A DNA stretch of 64,000 nt from Octopus bimaculoides. Taxonomy: Eukaryota. This document shows, piece by piece, positions 12,301-24,042 of the stretch. The stretch covers positions 69,502,745 through 69,566,744 of the forward strand of contig NC_068983.1 in the NCBI RefSeq assembly GCF_001194135.2, given 5' to 3'. The number at the start of each line of letters is the position of its first letter. Position 1 is the first letter of the stretch. The notes under the pieces are model-generated. The model made no database searches, had not been told where the DNA came from, and was given only the letters and a program-made list of their open reading frames with translations. Made by a program: the position numbers and the translations under genes.

Positions 12301-13969
12301 TACACATATATACTATGCCAAACAAACCTCGTTGGTACTGGTGCCAAGCAAAAAGCACCCACTCTACTCTGTAAAGTGGGTGGCATTTTGATTTTCTATC
12401 TGAAGAATTTCTGATAGGAGATATCTTACATGTTTTCCACATGTATAATTTTGTAACTCCTATTAGCAAATGAAACATGTGTAATGGTGAATAATTATTC
12501 ACCATGTGGTATTACTGATAAGTAATACCATAAAATTTTCCAGTCTCCTGTTTTTATAAATAATTACTCTGCAGAAAGTATTTTCCAGTATTTTCAACTC
12601 TTATGCACACCCCACATAAATACATCGACATAGTTTTGGAATACTGGAATACGCAGATGTGCTTCACAAGGACACAAGTTAGATTTTAACCCTATCTATG
12701 TAATATATATACACACACACACATATTGAATAGTTTATACACATACACTTGTGTGTGGGAATATATATATATATATATCATCATCATCATCATCCTCATC
12801 ATCATCATTTAATGTTCATCTTCCCTCCTGGCATGGGTTGGATAGTTTGACAGGATCTGGGGAGTCACAGGACAGCATCGTGTTCCTTATCAGCTTTGGC
12901 ATGGTTTCTCTGGCTGGATGCCCTTCTCAATGCCAATCACTTTACAGTATGCACTGGGTGCTTTTTTTTTGTGCTACCACCACTATTGAGGATGCCTTGC
13001 AAGTTGCAAGATAAGAAAGAACAAATAAAGGGAGAAAGAAGAAAAGCGAAAAATCCTCTTGACTAAGTGGGGGACTATTTGAAAGGGTAGAGAAATGATT
13101 TAATGCTAAGGGCAAGCTTATGTGTTGCTGGTATATGGGGATAGGGCCATTGCTGGTGATGTNNNNNNNNNNNNNNNNNNNNNNNNNNNNNNNNNNNNNN
13201 NNNNNNNNNNNNNNNNNNNNNNNNNNNNNNNNNNNNNNNNNNNNNNNNNNNNNNNNNNNNNNNNNNNNNNNNNNNNNNNNNNNNNNNNNNNNNNNNNNNN
13301 NNNNNNNNNNNNNNNNNNNNNNNNNNNNNNNNNNNNNNNNNNNNNNNNNNNNNNNNNNNNNNNNNNNNNNNNNNNNNNNNNNNNNNNNNNNNNNNNNNNN
13401 NNNNNNNNNNNNNNNNNNNNNNNNNNNNNNNNNNNNNNNNNNNNNNNNNNNNNNNNNNNNNNNNNNNNNNNNNNNNNNNNNNNNNNNNNNNNNNNNNNNN
13501 NNNNNNNNNNNNNNNNNNNNNNNNNNNNNNNNNNNNNNNNNNNNNNNNNNNNNNNNNNNNNNNNNNNNNNNNNNNNNNNNNNNNNNNNNNNNNNNNNNNN
13601 NNNNNNNNNNNNNNNNNNNNNNNNNNNNNNNNNNNNNNNNNNNNNNNNNNNNNNNNNNNNNNNNNNNNNNNNNNNNNNNNNNNNNNNNNNNNNTAATAAC
13701 ATAAATAATATATAAATATATGCATATATCCATACATATATGTACATACCTACATCTGTATGTATACATACATGCATATATGGGTACAGGACATCACAAA
13801 AAACGTTAAACACAATGAGAAACGAAAACATAAAGATGAAGACAGAAAACGAACTTTTTTTTGAACAACGAAAAAAACAAACAGTGAAACGCGACATGCA
13901 TCATAAAGAATATTTCCCTTCTTCAGTTGTCCTTGTTCCATCTACTCCATGTTTCGAAATATGTGTGTA

Positions 13970-14980
13970 TGTGCAAGAGAGACGACTAAGCTGGAATGGT
14001 CATGTGTTGCGAATGAATGAGGACGGCTGTGTGAAAAAGTGTCACATACTAGCAGTTGAGGGAACCTGTAAAAGAGGTAGACCCAGGAAAACCTGGGATG
14101 AGGTAGTGAAGCACGACTTTCGAACATTGGGCCTTACTGAGGTAATGACTAGTGACCGAGACCTTTGGAGATATGCTGTGCTTGAGAAGACCCGACAAGC
14201 CCATGGCCTATGTCAGTGGGTGTAACCAACCCATTTATGAATACCCCTCATTCATTGGGCAATAAACCTTGCTTGTGAAGACTTATTGAGGCAAGTGAAA
14301 TCAGAATCAAAATTGCTGACGTGGCCGATGACAGTACTGCCTGATTGGTACTTGTGCCAGTGAAACGCTAAAAGCACATCCGAATGTGATGTGTAACCGG
14401 CCCACTTATGAGTACCCCTCATTCATTGGACAAACTTTGCTTGCGAAGATCTATTGAGAGTAGTGTAAACAAATCAAAATCGCTGACATGGCCGATGACA
14501 GTACCACCTGTTTGGCACTCGTGCCAATGGAACATTAAAAGCATATCTTAGCGTGATCGTTGCCAGGGCCATGGATTGGCTCCCATGCCAATGAAACGTG
14601 AAAAGCACCATTTGAGCATGATCGTTGCCAGTGTCGCTGTACCGGCACATGTGCCGGTGGCACGTGAAAAGCAACATTCGAGCGTGGTCATTGCTAGTGC
14701 TACTGGACTGGCTCCCATGCAGGTAGCATGTAAAAACACCTTTTGAATGAGGTCGTTGCCAGGACTGCCTGACTGGCCCTCATGCCGATGGCACGTAAAA
14801 GCACCCACTACACTCTCAGAGTAGTTGGCATTAAGAAGGACATCCAGCTGTAGAAACTTTGCCAGATCAGATTGAGCCTGGTGCAGCCTCTGGTTCACCA
14901 GTCCTCGGTCAATCTGTCCAACCCATGCCAGCATGGAAAGCAGACGTTAAGCGATGATGATGATGATAATGATGATGATG
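13970..14980 (+). mobile_element. RTE LINE 3' portion: ORF2 end plus 3' UTR with internal tandem subrepeats
   Basis: VQERRLSWNGHVLRMNEDGCVKKC...GRPRKTWDEVVKHD...DRDLWR is the classic RTE C-terminal region. It is followed by about 55-60 bp subrepeats and a (GAT)n tail. Confidence 0.88.
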
Positions 14981-16103
14981 ACAATGATATATATATATAT
15001 ATATATANNNNNNNNNNNNNNNNNNNNNNNNNNNNNNNNNNNNNNNNNNNNNNNNNNNNNNNNNNNNNNNNNNNNNNNNNNNNNNNNNNNNNNNNNNNNN
15101 NNNNNNNNNNNNNNNNNNNNNNNNNNNNNNNNNNNNNNNNNNNNNNNNNNNNNNNNNNNNNNNNNNNNNNNNNNNNNNNNNNNNNNNNNNNNNNNNNNNN
15201 NNNNNNNNNNNNNNNNNNNNNNNNNNNNNNNNNNNNNNNNNNNNNNNNNNNNNNNNNNNNNNNNNNNNNNNNNNNNNNNNNNNNNNNNNNNNNNNNNNNN
15301 NNNNNNNNNNNNNNNNNNNNNNNNNNNNNNNNNNNNNNNNNNNNNNNNNNNNNNNNNNNNNNNNNNNNNNNNNNNNNNNNNNNNNNNNNNNNNNNNNNNN
15401 NNNNNNNNNNNNNNNNNNNNNNNNNNNNNNNNNNNNNNNNNNNNNNNNNNNNNNNNNNNNNNNNNNNNNNNNNNNNNNNNNNNNNNNNNNNNNNNNNNNN
15501 NNNNNNNNNNNNNNNNNNNNNNNNNNNNNNNNNNNNNNNNNNNNNNNNNNNNNNNNNNNNNNNNAGCCTCTGGTTCACCAGTCCTCGGTCAATCTGTCCA
15601 ACCCATGCCAGCATGGAAAGCAGACGTTAAGCGATGATGATGATGATAATGATGATGATGACAATGATATATATATATATATATATATATACATACGATG
15701 GGCTTCCTACAGTTTTCACCTACCAAATCCACTCACAAGTCCTTAGTCAGCCTGAGGTTATAGTAAAAGACACTTGCCCATATATATATACATATGTGTG
15801 TGTGTGTGTATTTGTGTGTATGTGTCTGTCACCTCCACCATCACTTGATAACTGATGTTGGTGTGTTTATGTCTGTGTAACTTAGCAGTTCGACAAAGAG
15901 ACTGATAGAATAAGTACTAGGCTTACAAAGAATAAGTCCTGGGGGATGATTTGTTCGACTGAAGGTGGTGCTCCAGCATGGCTGCAGTCAAGTGACTGAA
16001 ACAAATAAAAGANNNNNNNNNNATATATATATATATATATATATATATTGATAGAAAGACCAACAAAAGAAAGAGACCTCGATATAATGTAAATAGAGGA
16101 ATT

Positions 16104-16206
16104 TATCTGTAAAAATATGTGACACTTATTCGGTAGCCATTCCCACCCTGGCATCCAAAACTCGGAGTTTTATCATGGCTACTGAATATGTGTCACATAT
16201 TTTTAC

Positions 16207-16211
<5 letters not shown>
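16104..16211. repeat. Inverted repeat, 37-bp arms (2 mismatches), 34-nt spacer
   Basis: tatctgtaaaaatatgtgacacttattcggtagccat / atggctactgaatatgtgtcacatatttttacagata. Confidence 0.9.
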
Positions 16212-16243
<32 letters not shown>

Positions 16244-16449
16244 TGAAGATGATCAATTTGTTAATAATAAGCAGTTATTAACTTCCTTATCACTATTTTC
16301 TTTTCTTCTTTTAAATAGATATAAACTATACACTTAATATATACCTATTGTTTTAAGGGAATTTCATTCCATAAAATACTAGGTATTGAACCAGTATTTC
16401 CTTGGATACAACCATCCCTTCATGAGGTCAACATAGCTTCTAATTAAAT

Positions 16450-16507
<58 letters not shown>

Positions 16508-16755
16508 NNNNNNNNNNNNNNNNNNNNNNNNNNNNNNNNNNNNNNNNNNNNNNNNNNNNNNNNNNNNNNNNNNNNNNNNNNNNNNNNNNNNNNNNNNNNN
16601 NNNNNNNNNNNNNNNNNNNNNNNNNNNNNNNNNNNNNNNNNNNNNNNNNNNNNNNNNNNNNNNNNNNTTTCATTCCATAAAATACTAGGTATTGAACCAG
16701 TATTTCCTTGGATACAACCATCCCTTCATGAGGTCAACATAGCTTCTAATTAAAT

Positions 16756-16801
<46 letters not shown>

Positions 16802-16832
16802 TACATATTTATAGATAGATAAATAGATAGAA

Positions 16833-16865
<33 letters not shown>

Positions 16866-16875
16866 AATAGATAGA

Positions 16876-17107
16876 TAGATAAAGATAGATATGGCTGGTC
16901 TATGGGGTTATCCTGGGTTTTCATGTCAATAAAGTGTTTAGCTTTACAGCGTTTCCTCAGACCCTAAAACCCATTGGCCTATGGCTGCTCTAGCATGTGG
17001 CCTTTCCAGAGAGGCCATAGGCCAATGGTTTATAGGGTCTAAAGAAACACTTTATGGACGTGAAACCCAAGGTAACCCCATAGACCGGCCATATCTATCT
17101 TTATCTA
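16876..17107. repeat. Palindromic MITE-like element upstream of RIOK3
   Basis: Outer arms of about 63 bp with 5 mismatches, plus inner 27-bp arms (agaccctaaaacccattggcctatggc / gccataggccaatggtttatagggtct). Confidence 0.9.
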
Positions 17108-17399
17108 TATACTCTACTGCTCTACAACTTCGATGTGCTTCTATTTTGGATTTATGATTTACTGAAGATATACATACATACATACGAAATTCTAGGCCTT
17201 TGAGTCACTGATGTTACTTCATGACTATAAATAGAATATATATATATGTGTGCGTGTGGGTACGAATACACAAACACACCGTGTTTATTCTCTGACGACA
17301 TATATCATTATCGTGTTTTATTTTATATATTGAATATGGGATAAAAAAAAACTACTGAATGGTGAAAGATTGACTTTTTTTTACCATGGTAACATCTAA

Positions 17400-17730
17400 A
17401 AACCCTCCTATATAGATAGGTAATCAGATTGCACAATCATGTGTTATAGCCTATAAATAAACTCTTCTGTATTGAAGTTAGGAAAACTAACGCCTCTGCG
17501 TTATTTACGTTTTGTAGTTTGGCTGGAAGACTTGTCAAGAAGGGGGTTTGAGAAGCACCTGGGTCCCCTTCTCTCCATTTAGTTTGAATTGACTGGAAAG
17601 AAAAAAAAAAGTAGTTGTTGGAAAGGAAACTGACAACTTCCACCGAAGAAAAAAAAAAATCTATTTTACGTCATACATCTGGACGTGGTGTCTTGTTTAA
17701 TTTATTGTGTATATAATTTTTCATAATAAC
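17400..17730. promoter_or_regulatory. Putative RIOK3 promoter/5' UTR, possibly bidirectional, with variant CRE TTACGTCA at 17666-17673
   Basis: Lies immediately 5' of the ATG. By eye, CpG is more frequent here than in flanking intronic DNA. The motif call is weak. Confidence 0.4.
17509..17578 (-). CDS. Candidate first coding exon of a divergent unidentified gene (MERRGPRCFSNPLLDKSSSQTTK, phase 1)
   Basis: Minus strand has a strong acceptor (T)n-ctttccag at 17594-17593, ATG at 17578 and donor c|gtaaat at 17508. A possible upstream donor gtatga lies at 17676. No homology recognised; unspliced, the frame stops two codons later. Confidence 0.25.
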
Positions 17731-17948
17731 ATGTCTGCTTCAGCGGAATCTCCTCCAGCAGTATTGGGATTTTATGGTGATAACAAGTCCCAGGATGTTT
17801 CATTACCTCTCACACCTACTACAGATAATGCATGGAATAAGAAATCTCCATGGGGAAAAGCTTCGAATTCGTGGCAGCAACCATGTAACTTGACTGAAGT
17901 TATGAGTGAGCAACTAGCTTTAGAGCTGAGCCAAACAGATGTTAACAC
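17731..17948 (+). CDS. RIOK3: RIO kinase 3, coding exon 1 (MSASAESPP...NLTEVMSEQLALELSQTDVN)
   Basis: ATG at 17731. The WGK...C.L.EVMSEQLA.EL motif matches the RIOK3 N-terminus as I recall it. Donor ac|gtaagt at 17949, phase 2. Confidence 0.9.
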
Positions 17949-19619
17949 GTAAGTGAACTCCCCGACTTCTAATAATTTTTATAAATTATTTTAACGGTGT
18001 ATAACATCAAGTACTTTGATTGGAAAGCAGATAGCGTAATTTTTTAAAGTAATAATTAGGACAGAATTGACACCACTATTATATTTGCTGTTGTTTAACT
18101 TCATGCCAGCACTGCTTGGGCATGTGTTTAATCAAAGAAATTCTAGCAGAAATCACTCCGTCTTTTTATATATGTTTATATTCAGGACTATATTCACCAA
18201 TGTGTTTCCTTTTAAATGTTGTTTGGTCTAGGTTAAAGAAAGTTTGGCTACTCTTTCTAGGAGATTGAGCAACTTCAAAGAAGCACCCTCGTTTATGGTT
18301 AATTAAAACAAAACTAACAAATAATTGTTCTATTTACAACTATCTCATACTTCTAAATCAAACATTATAATTAGCTTTCAAGGTAGAAGTATTTCTTATC
18401 AATATTTATTATTAGAGAGTTAGTACCCATGTGGGTGTTCTATTTTAACTAAAGTACATGACAAACAATACTTTCATTATTGAAGCCATCTGTAACGGCA
18501 TTATTTTCATGTACACACGATACCATGCCAAATATATTGTATTTTTATGTCATAAACTACATATATAAACAGTACTATATGTTTAAATAGCGTTATTAAT
18601 AGGAGAAATAAAATTAGCGAAAATCTGTCCACTGAGTGGAAAACTTATTACGTTTATTTTATTTTTTTTTTTTACATCCGTTTCGTGAGGCGTGTGTAAA
18701 AGATATACCAGAGATGGGTACAGTTAACATTTCGAACTTTAATTTTTGTAGTTTAGGACACTAAAATAATATTGTGAGAAAATGTTGATTGATAATTTTT
18801 TACGACGTTAAAATAACAATGTGGGAGAACAGGATTGTTAGAGTAGTGAGTGACAGTTAAAGCCATGATGAAATGCTTTGCACTGTTTGATTACGTCCCT
18901 TTGTGCTCTGAGTTCAAATCCCACCGAAGTCAGCTTAGTATTTCATCCTTCGTTTATAAAATCAAGTACTGTTCTCTATCCTAAGGGCTTTTTGCCTATG
19001 ATAAAAATCATTATTGTTTGGAAAATGCCTTTCAGTATTTATTCGGCTCTTTATATTCTGTGTTCAAATTCCACTGAGGTCGACTAGGACTTTCCATCAA
19101 TCAAATACTAGAGTCGACGGTATCGATTCAGCCCCTTCCCTCAAAATAGCTAGCCTTGTGCTTAGGTCAGAAACAATTATTATTATCAGGGTGGTGAGTT
19201 GGCAGCTCAAGAAATATATGACAGTCAAAGCTAATACATTAACGAGTTTAAGAAGTTTGCTTTGCAACCTCATCATTCTGCTGTGCCACATTTCGGAATT
19301 GGTTCTTTTACCATTTCTTTGAGTCAACCAAGAAAGATAAAATTTGTTAGATTAGAAAGTTTTTGATCAGAGATGTTAGTGATGTAAAAACCCTTAACAT
19401 AAGGCGACGAGGATATAAACAATTCACGCAGACAACGTTGAAAAAAACATTTTTTTCATGAGAAAATAAACAATTCACATGGATGATGTTGAAAAGTTTT
19501 TCACGTGGTGAGATTAAAAACTTGACAGAGGAGTAACAATTTTTGTTGTACATATTTAATGAAAAGTCCATAAAATTATGGAGAAAACTTGTTAGAGGGT
19601 CTAGTTGAGTTGCAAATAA

Positions 19620-20770
19620 ATGTTACAGCAACAGATGTTACAACTAATGAATTATTTGCGAGATTTGGCATCCCAGACATAATTGTATCTGATAATGGAA
19701 CACAATTTGTGTTCAGTGACTTTAGAAAATTCTGCGAATGTTCATGGTAGAACATAAAATGATAGTGCCTTACCGTCCTACATCAAATGGACAAGCAGAG
19801 TGTTTTGTGGACATTTTTAAAAGAACCTTGAGAAAAGCAAACAAGGAAGTCACAGATGAAGTCGTTCTGCAGCAATTCCTAAGGGTATACAGGGTGACAC
19901 CAAACCCCCAATAGACCAGTAGGAAGCTCACCAGCAGAATTGATGTTCGCAAGGAAGGTGAAATCAGTTTTTGATAAACTGTTACCTGGCGAGGAAAGAA
20001 AAAGTACCAGGAAAGACAATCCAAAATTTTTCCAAATTGGTAATAAGGTGTACATGAGGTCGTATAAAAATGGAAAACAGAAGTGAGAAGAAGGCAAAAT
20101 TACAAAGTACATAGGAAAAATTATGTATGGAATTAAAAGCAGAAAAGGTACTGAAAAAGGACACAAAAACCAATTGAAGAAGAGATTCATAGAAAATGAA
20201 CCAAACAGATTAGAAGAACCTATGAAATGGCTGTATGACACATTCCAGGTACCAACACCATTATAGGTGGTTGAACCCATGTGTACAAGTGGAAGAAAAA
20301 GAACAATACAGAGTTCCTACACATAGATGCCAAAAGAAGAAATATTAAGTTTTTTTGGGGGGTGGGGAACGCTAAAAAGGGAGGAGGAAGAATAAAGTAA
20401 ATTAAAAATTACTTGCTTCTGAAAGGAAAAAAAAAAACTAAAAGGGAGATGTTGTGAAAATGGTACTCCCCTTCCCATATGATAAAGTGGTATGAACCAG
20501 CTACTATAAAGTCAGACAGTCAGTTGTTGTAGGAGGTCAGTAGTAGTAGTCATATGAGTTCTCAGTTGGAGTTAGTGTCAATTACATGTTATATACAAGT
20601 TCGAGTTACCGTCTAGGTAGACGTTTCAAAATCATTGGCTTGCAGAGCTATCTGCGATAGACAAGTCAAAGATCATAAGATGCAGGATACCACCACAGCA
20701 TAATAGTAGTGACAAGAATATTACAATGTCGTCAATAATATACAAGTGGATGAGGATCCACATTATAACA
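19620..20770 (+). mobile_element. Gypsy/Ty3 LTR retrotransposon 3' remnant: integrase core, PPT and 3' LTR, in RIOK3 intron 1
   Basis: With frameshifts it reads ELFARFGIPDIIVSDNGTQF...PYRPTSNGQAECFVDIFKRTLRK...YRVTP...SPAELMF.RK. Purine tract aaaagggaga at 20440-20449, then TGTTGTG...TATAACA (20450-20770). Confidence 0.85.
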
Positions 20771-22139
20771 ATGACAAAAGTTGCTGATGAGAGTATGAAG
20801 ATTTTATTAAAAATGTGAAAATAACAGGAAAATAAAAAAAATATTTATCACTCCCTAATTATTATACAAGTTTGATTGTTTTTAATATGCACAATATATT
20901 GTAGTCAATGATTCACTTGTTATTTTACATCATGCTTTTTCTACTATAAATACTCCGTCTAATTTCACAAATGTTGTATATTTAATTCAATACTACCAAA
21001 ATATATGCATATTCACATGTGCCCATGTGTGAATATGTAGGTTATCTACAATTTTTAAAGGTTTTCAAGGGACAATGGGTTTAGTTTATGCAAAAGCTAC
21101 ACATTTACAACATATTTGACACTTCTATCTGAAAGTTACAAATATACACAATAAGCATTATTATTCACATTCACTGCAAAAGTTCCTGATGATCAATGTT
21201 TCTTGTATAAACATAAGAAAGCACCAACACACTTTGATCTGAATTTTCATTCTGTAATTTCAAATTATTTGTTCTCTGTTTTTTTAGATCAAAAATTACG
21301 CACATGCAGTGTTGTAAGTAATTAGGCTAAAGTTGAATACTTGATACCTGTCATTAAGTTGAATATAAGACATGAAAGTAGAAAATATGAAGTAGAATAA
21401 TTAATCATGGAATAAGTGTAAATACATTTAGTGTATTAAATATATATTAATGACACATAGTGTATTATGTATATATATTGTAATCAAGAAAAGGAGAAAG
21501 TTTGGTCACCAGAATTTATAAACATAAGAATACTTGTTCAGCATTTTGAGATTGATAAGACAGCAGAATGTACTTTAGATTATAAAAAATAAGCAGAATG
21601 ACTTCAGCTTGTGTCAAATAATTTTAGTTTGTGTTAAATGATTTAGAAAGTAAGTCATATAAAAAAGAACAAATTTCAGAGCTTTAAGTGGTTAAGTGTT
21701 GCTTATAAAAAAGCATATATACAAATACACATAGCATATTATATATATTGATGCTTGAGTTGTTTGAAGGACAATTTTATATATTTTGCACTACAAATAT
21801 TTTTTTAACTAGATATTGGCTCAGTATAGGTGAGGAGTATAGTCAAATGAGTTGATTACAGTATAGTACTTAGCTTATTTCATTAACCTAAAAGTGAAGA
21901 AAAGCAAAGTTGACACTGACTTGATTTGATCACAAAATACTACTGAGCATTTTATACCATTTCTATGAAATCATTGTCCTTTTTGTCAACTTAATACTCT
22001 TCATAATAGTGTAAACCTGCTTTAAAATATTTATTCATTATGAAAATTACTTGCCATTAAATATACTTCTTCATGTCTATGATATTTAGACACGTTCAGC
22101 AATTTAATATGATGTTTTTTTTCTCTCTTTACTCTCCAG

Positions 22140-22324
22140 TGATTTTGATGAGTGTCTGGTTAATTTTATGGCCTCTAGTGCATGCGGCTCTGATGCACAA
22201 TCTGACAAAGAAATTCAAGAGGCTAATGATGAGCTGTTAGCAAAGATACTACAACAGCAGCTAGATGAAGAGGATAACAAGCAAATTAAGTTAGAAGAAA
22301 GGAAATACAATGGTAACAATAAAG
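22140..22324 (+). CDS. RIOK3: RIOK3 coding exon 2 (DFDECL...DELLAKILQQQLDEEDNKQIKLEERKYNGNNK)
   Basis: Pyrimidine tract plus ctccag acceptor, phase 2 in. Donor aaag|gtagta, phase 1 out. Resembles human DLMLAQMLQMEYD...REEKKFNGDSK. Confidence 0.9.
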
Positions 22325-23243
22325 GTAGTATGTCCTTCATAATTAGTTCTATTTCTAAAATGTATATACTGTTAACTGAGTTAACTATGAGTTTTGTAAT
22401 CTCTTCTATTTTTCCACCTTTATGCTTCTCTCAGCATATGAGCTCCTAATTATCTCTGTTTCTAAGCTGGTTGGAATGTTGAGAAATGTACTTTGTGCTA
22501 TTTGTTCTGGCTCTTTATCTCCTGAGTTCAAATCAAGATCAGTTTCATCTTTCATCATTTTGAGATTGATAAAATAAAGTACCATTTAAGTACTGGGGTT
22601 GTTGGTACTCATTAACTTCTTCCTCTCAAAAATTGCTGGCCTTGTATCTAAATTAGGAACCTTAATCTTTTTCTCCCTCTCCCTCTTTAGTAAAATTTCT
22701 TGCTTTGTGCCTGGCTCAGTCTCGGTGAGGCAGGCATCCACATATTCCCATTTGACAGTTTTGCTCAGAATTTATTTTTGGTTTTAAAACAACACTGAAA
22801 ACCCAAACCCAGTGATAATGAGAAGGAGACAGGAAGAGACACCCCACACATTTTCTACACATACAAGTTGCATTTAACTGGTTGTGATTACTCCAAATTT
22901 CTAGTGTTTTTACAAACCTTGTGGACAACTGCAGTTTCTCTTCCATATTCTTTGGGGGTGCATGTACACCAGTTTGACAATTCATAGATTAAACCATAAG
23001 ATAAAAAAATGAAATCAAAAGAAACTTACCTTGCTGGTTTAGAAATGAATGAACATCTTAGATAATGAAGTCTGAGATACACTATCTGGCCCTATTCCCC
23101 AACTGGAATAATCAGAGCCGGAATACTTTTGGTCATAGGGCTGCTCAATCAACTCTGACTTAGGGCTATAGTAACATCATCTGCAAACTATCTGAATCCA
23201 GTTGAAATTTTTATTAATTTTCCATTTTTTTTTCTCTTTGCAG

Positions 23244-23369
23244 TTTCTATATCGTATGAAAAGTATTGCACAACACCTTTATCTGGTTATGAGGAATTTT
23301 ATGATTTCTCAGATGATGATGAGAATAATAATAATGATGATTTCGGTGGCCGTAAAAAGACTGAATGGG
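23244..23369 (+). CDS. RIOK3: RIOK3 coding exon 3 (VSISYEKY...FSDDDENNNNDDFGGRKKTEW)
   Basis: Acceptor tttctctttgcag, donor g|gtaaga, phase 1/1. VSISYEKY corresponds to human VSISFENY. Confidence 0.92.
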
Positions 23370-24042
23370 GTAAGAGTGTTTTTAAAATTAGTTTCCTGTG
23401 TTTGAACATTGTTCTGTTGGCTCAGTAGTTTCATAATGTTTTTTTTTTCAATATTTATTTTTATATTCTTTTAAAATCAGTAGATGGTGAATAATAGCAT
23501 TGCTGGTTACACGTTTCCAATGGGCCAGTACTAGATCACTGCATTTCTAATGGTGAGAACGACAAGGGAGTGTCTCTAATTTAGCAAAGAACAAATATCT
23601 CAAGGGTTTTGTTCCTATCACACTAACTTCTCAATATTCTCACCAATCTTTATATCTTTCACCAATGAATATGAGCGAAAGATAAACATACAAGACAGTA
23701 GTTTGGTTGAGTCATTAGAGTATTGGAAAAAATGCCTAGCAGTATTTGTTCTTGCTTTCTCTGATCTGAGTTCAAATCCTGCTAAGGTCAACTTTGATTT
23801 TCATCCTTAAGGGGTCAGTAAAATATAGTTCTAGAACTGTTGGTGTTATATGAAATGGTTTGCAGTGTTTGTTCTGACTCTTTACCTTTTAAATTCTTGG
23901 GTAGTATATATAATCAGTTGCTCAGTATAATGCCACCATGTAATTATTTACATGCTTCTCATGTAAATTATTATTATTATTAAGATTATTTACATGCTTC
24001 TCATCATTTGGGGTCATTGAGAAAAATAAAGGTTTGTGAGTA

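Noticed and set aside
12484-12505. Perfect 22-bp palindrome atggtgaataattattcaccat
   Set aside because: AT-rich and isolated; probably a MITE relic or local slippage, with no functional context.
14885-15690. Exact duplication of about 120 bp on both sides of the 15008-15564 gap
   Set aside because: Identical sequence flanking an N-gap at a TA microsatellite is a typical unmerged contig overlap, not a real tandem duplication.
16362-16790. Exact duplication on both sides of the 16508-16667 gap
   Set aside because: Same scaffold artefact pattern.
21186-21241. C/D snoRNA-like boxes (CTGATGA...CTGA) in RIOK3 intron 1; similar pairs at about 18866-18911 and 32178-32269
   Set aside because: Non-consensus or too short, with no rRNA-complementary guide recognised. 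The 18.9 kb pair lies inside a SINE.
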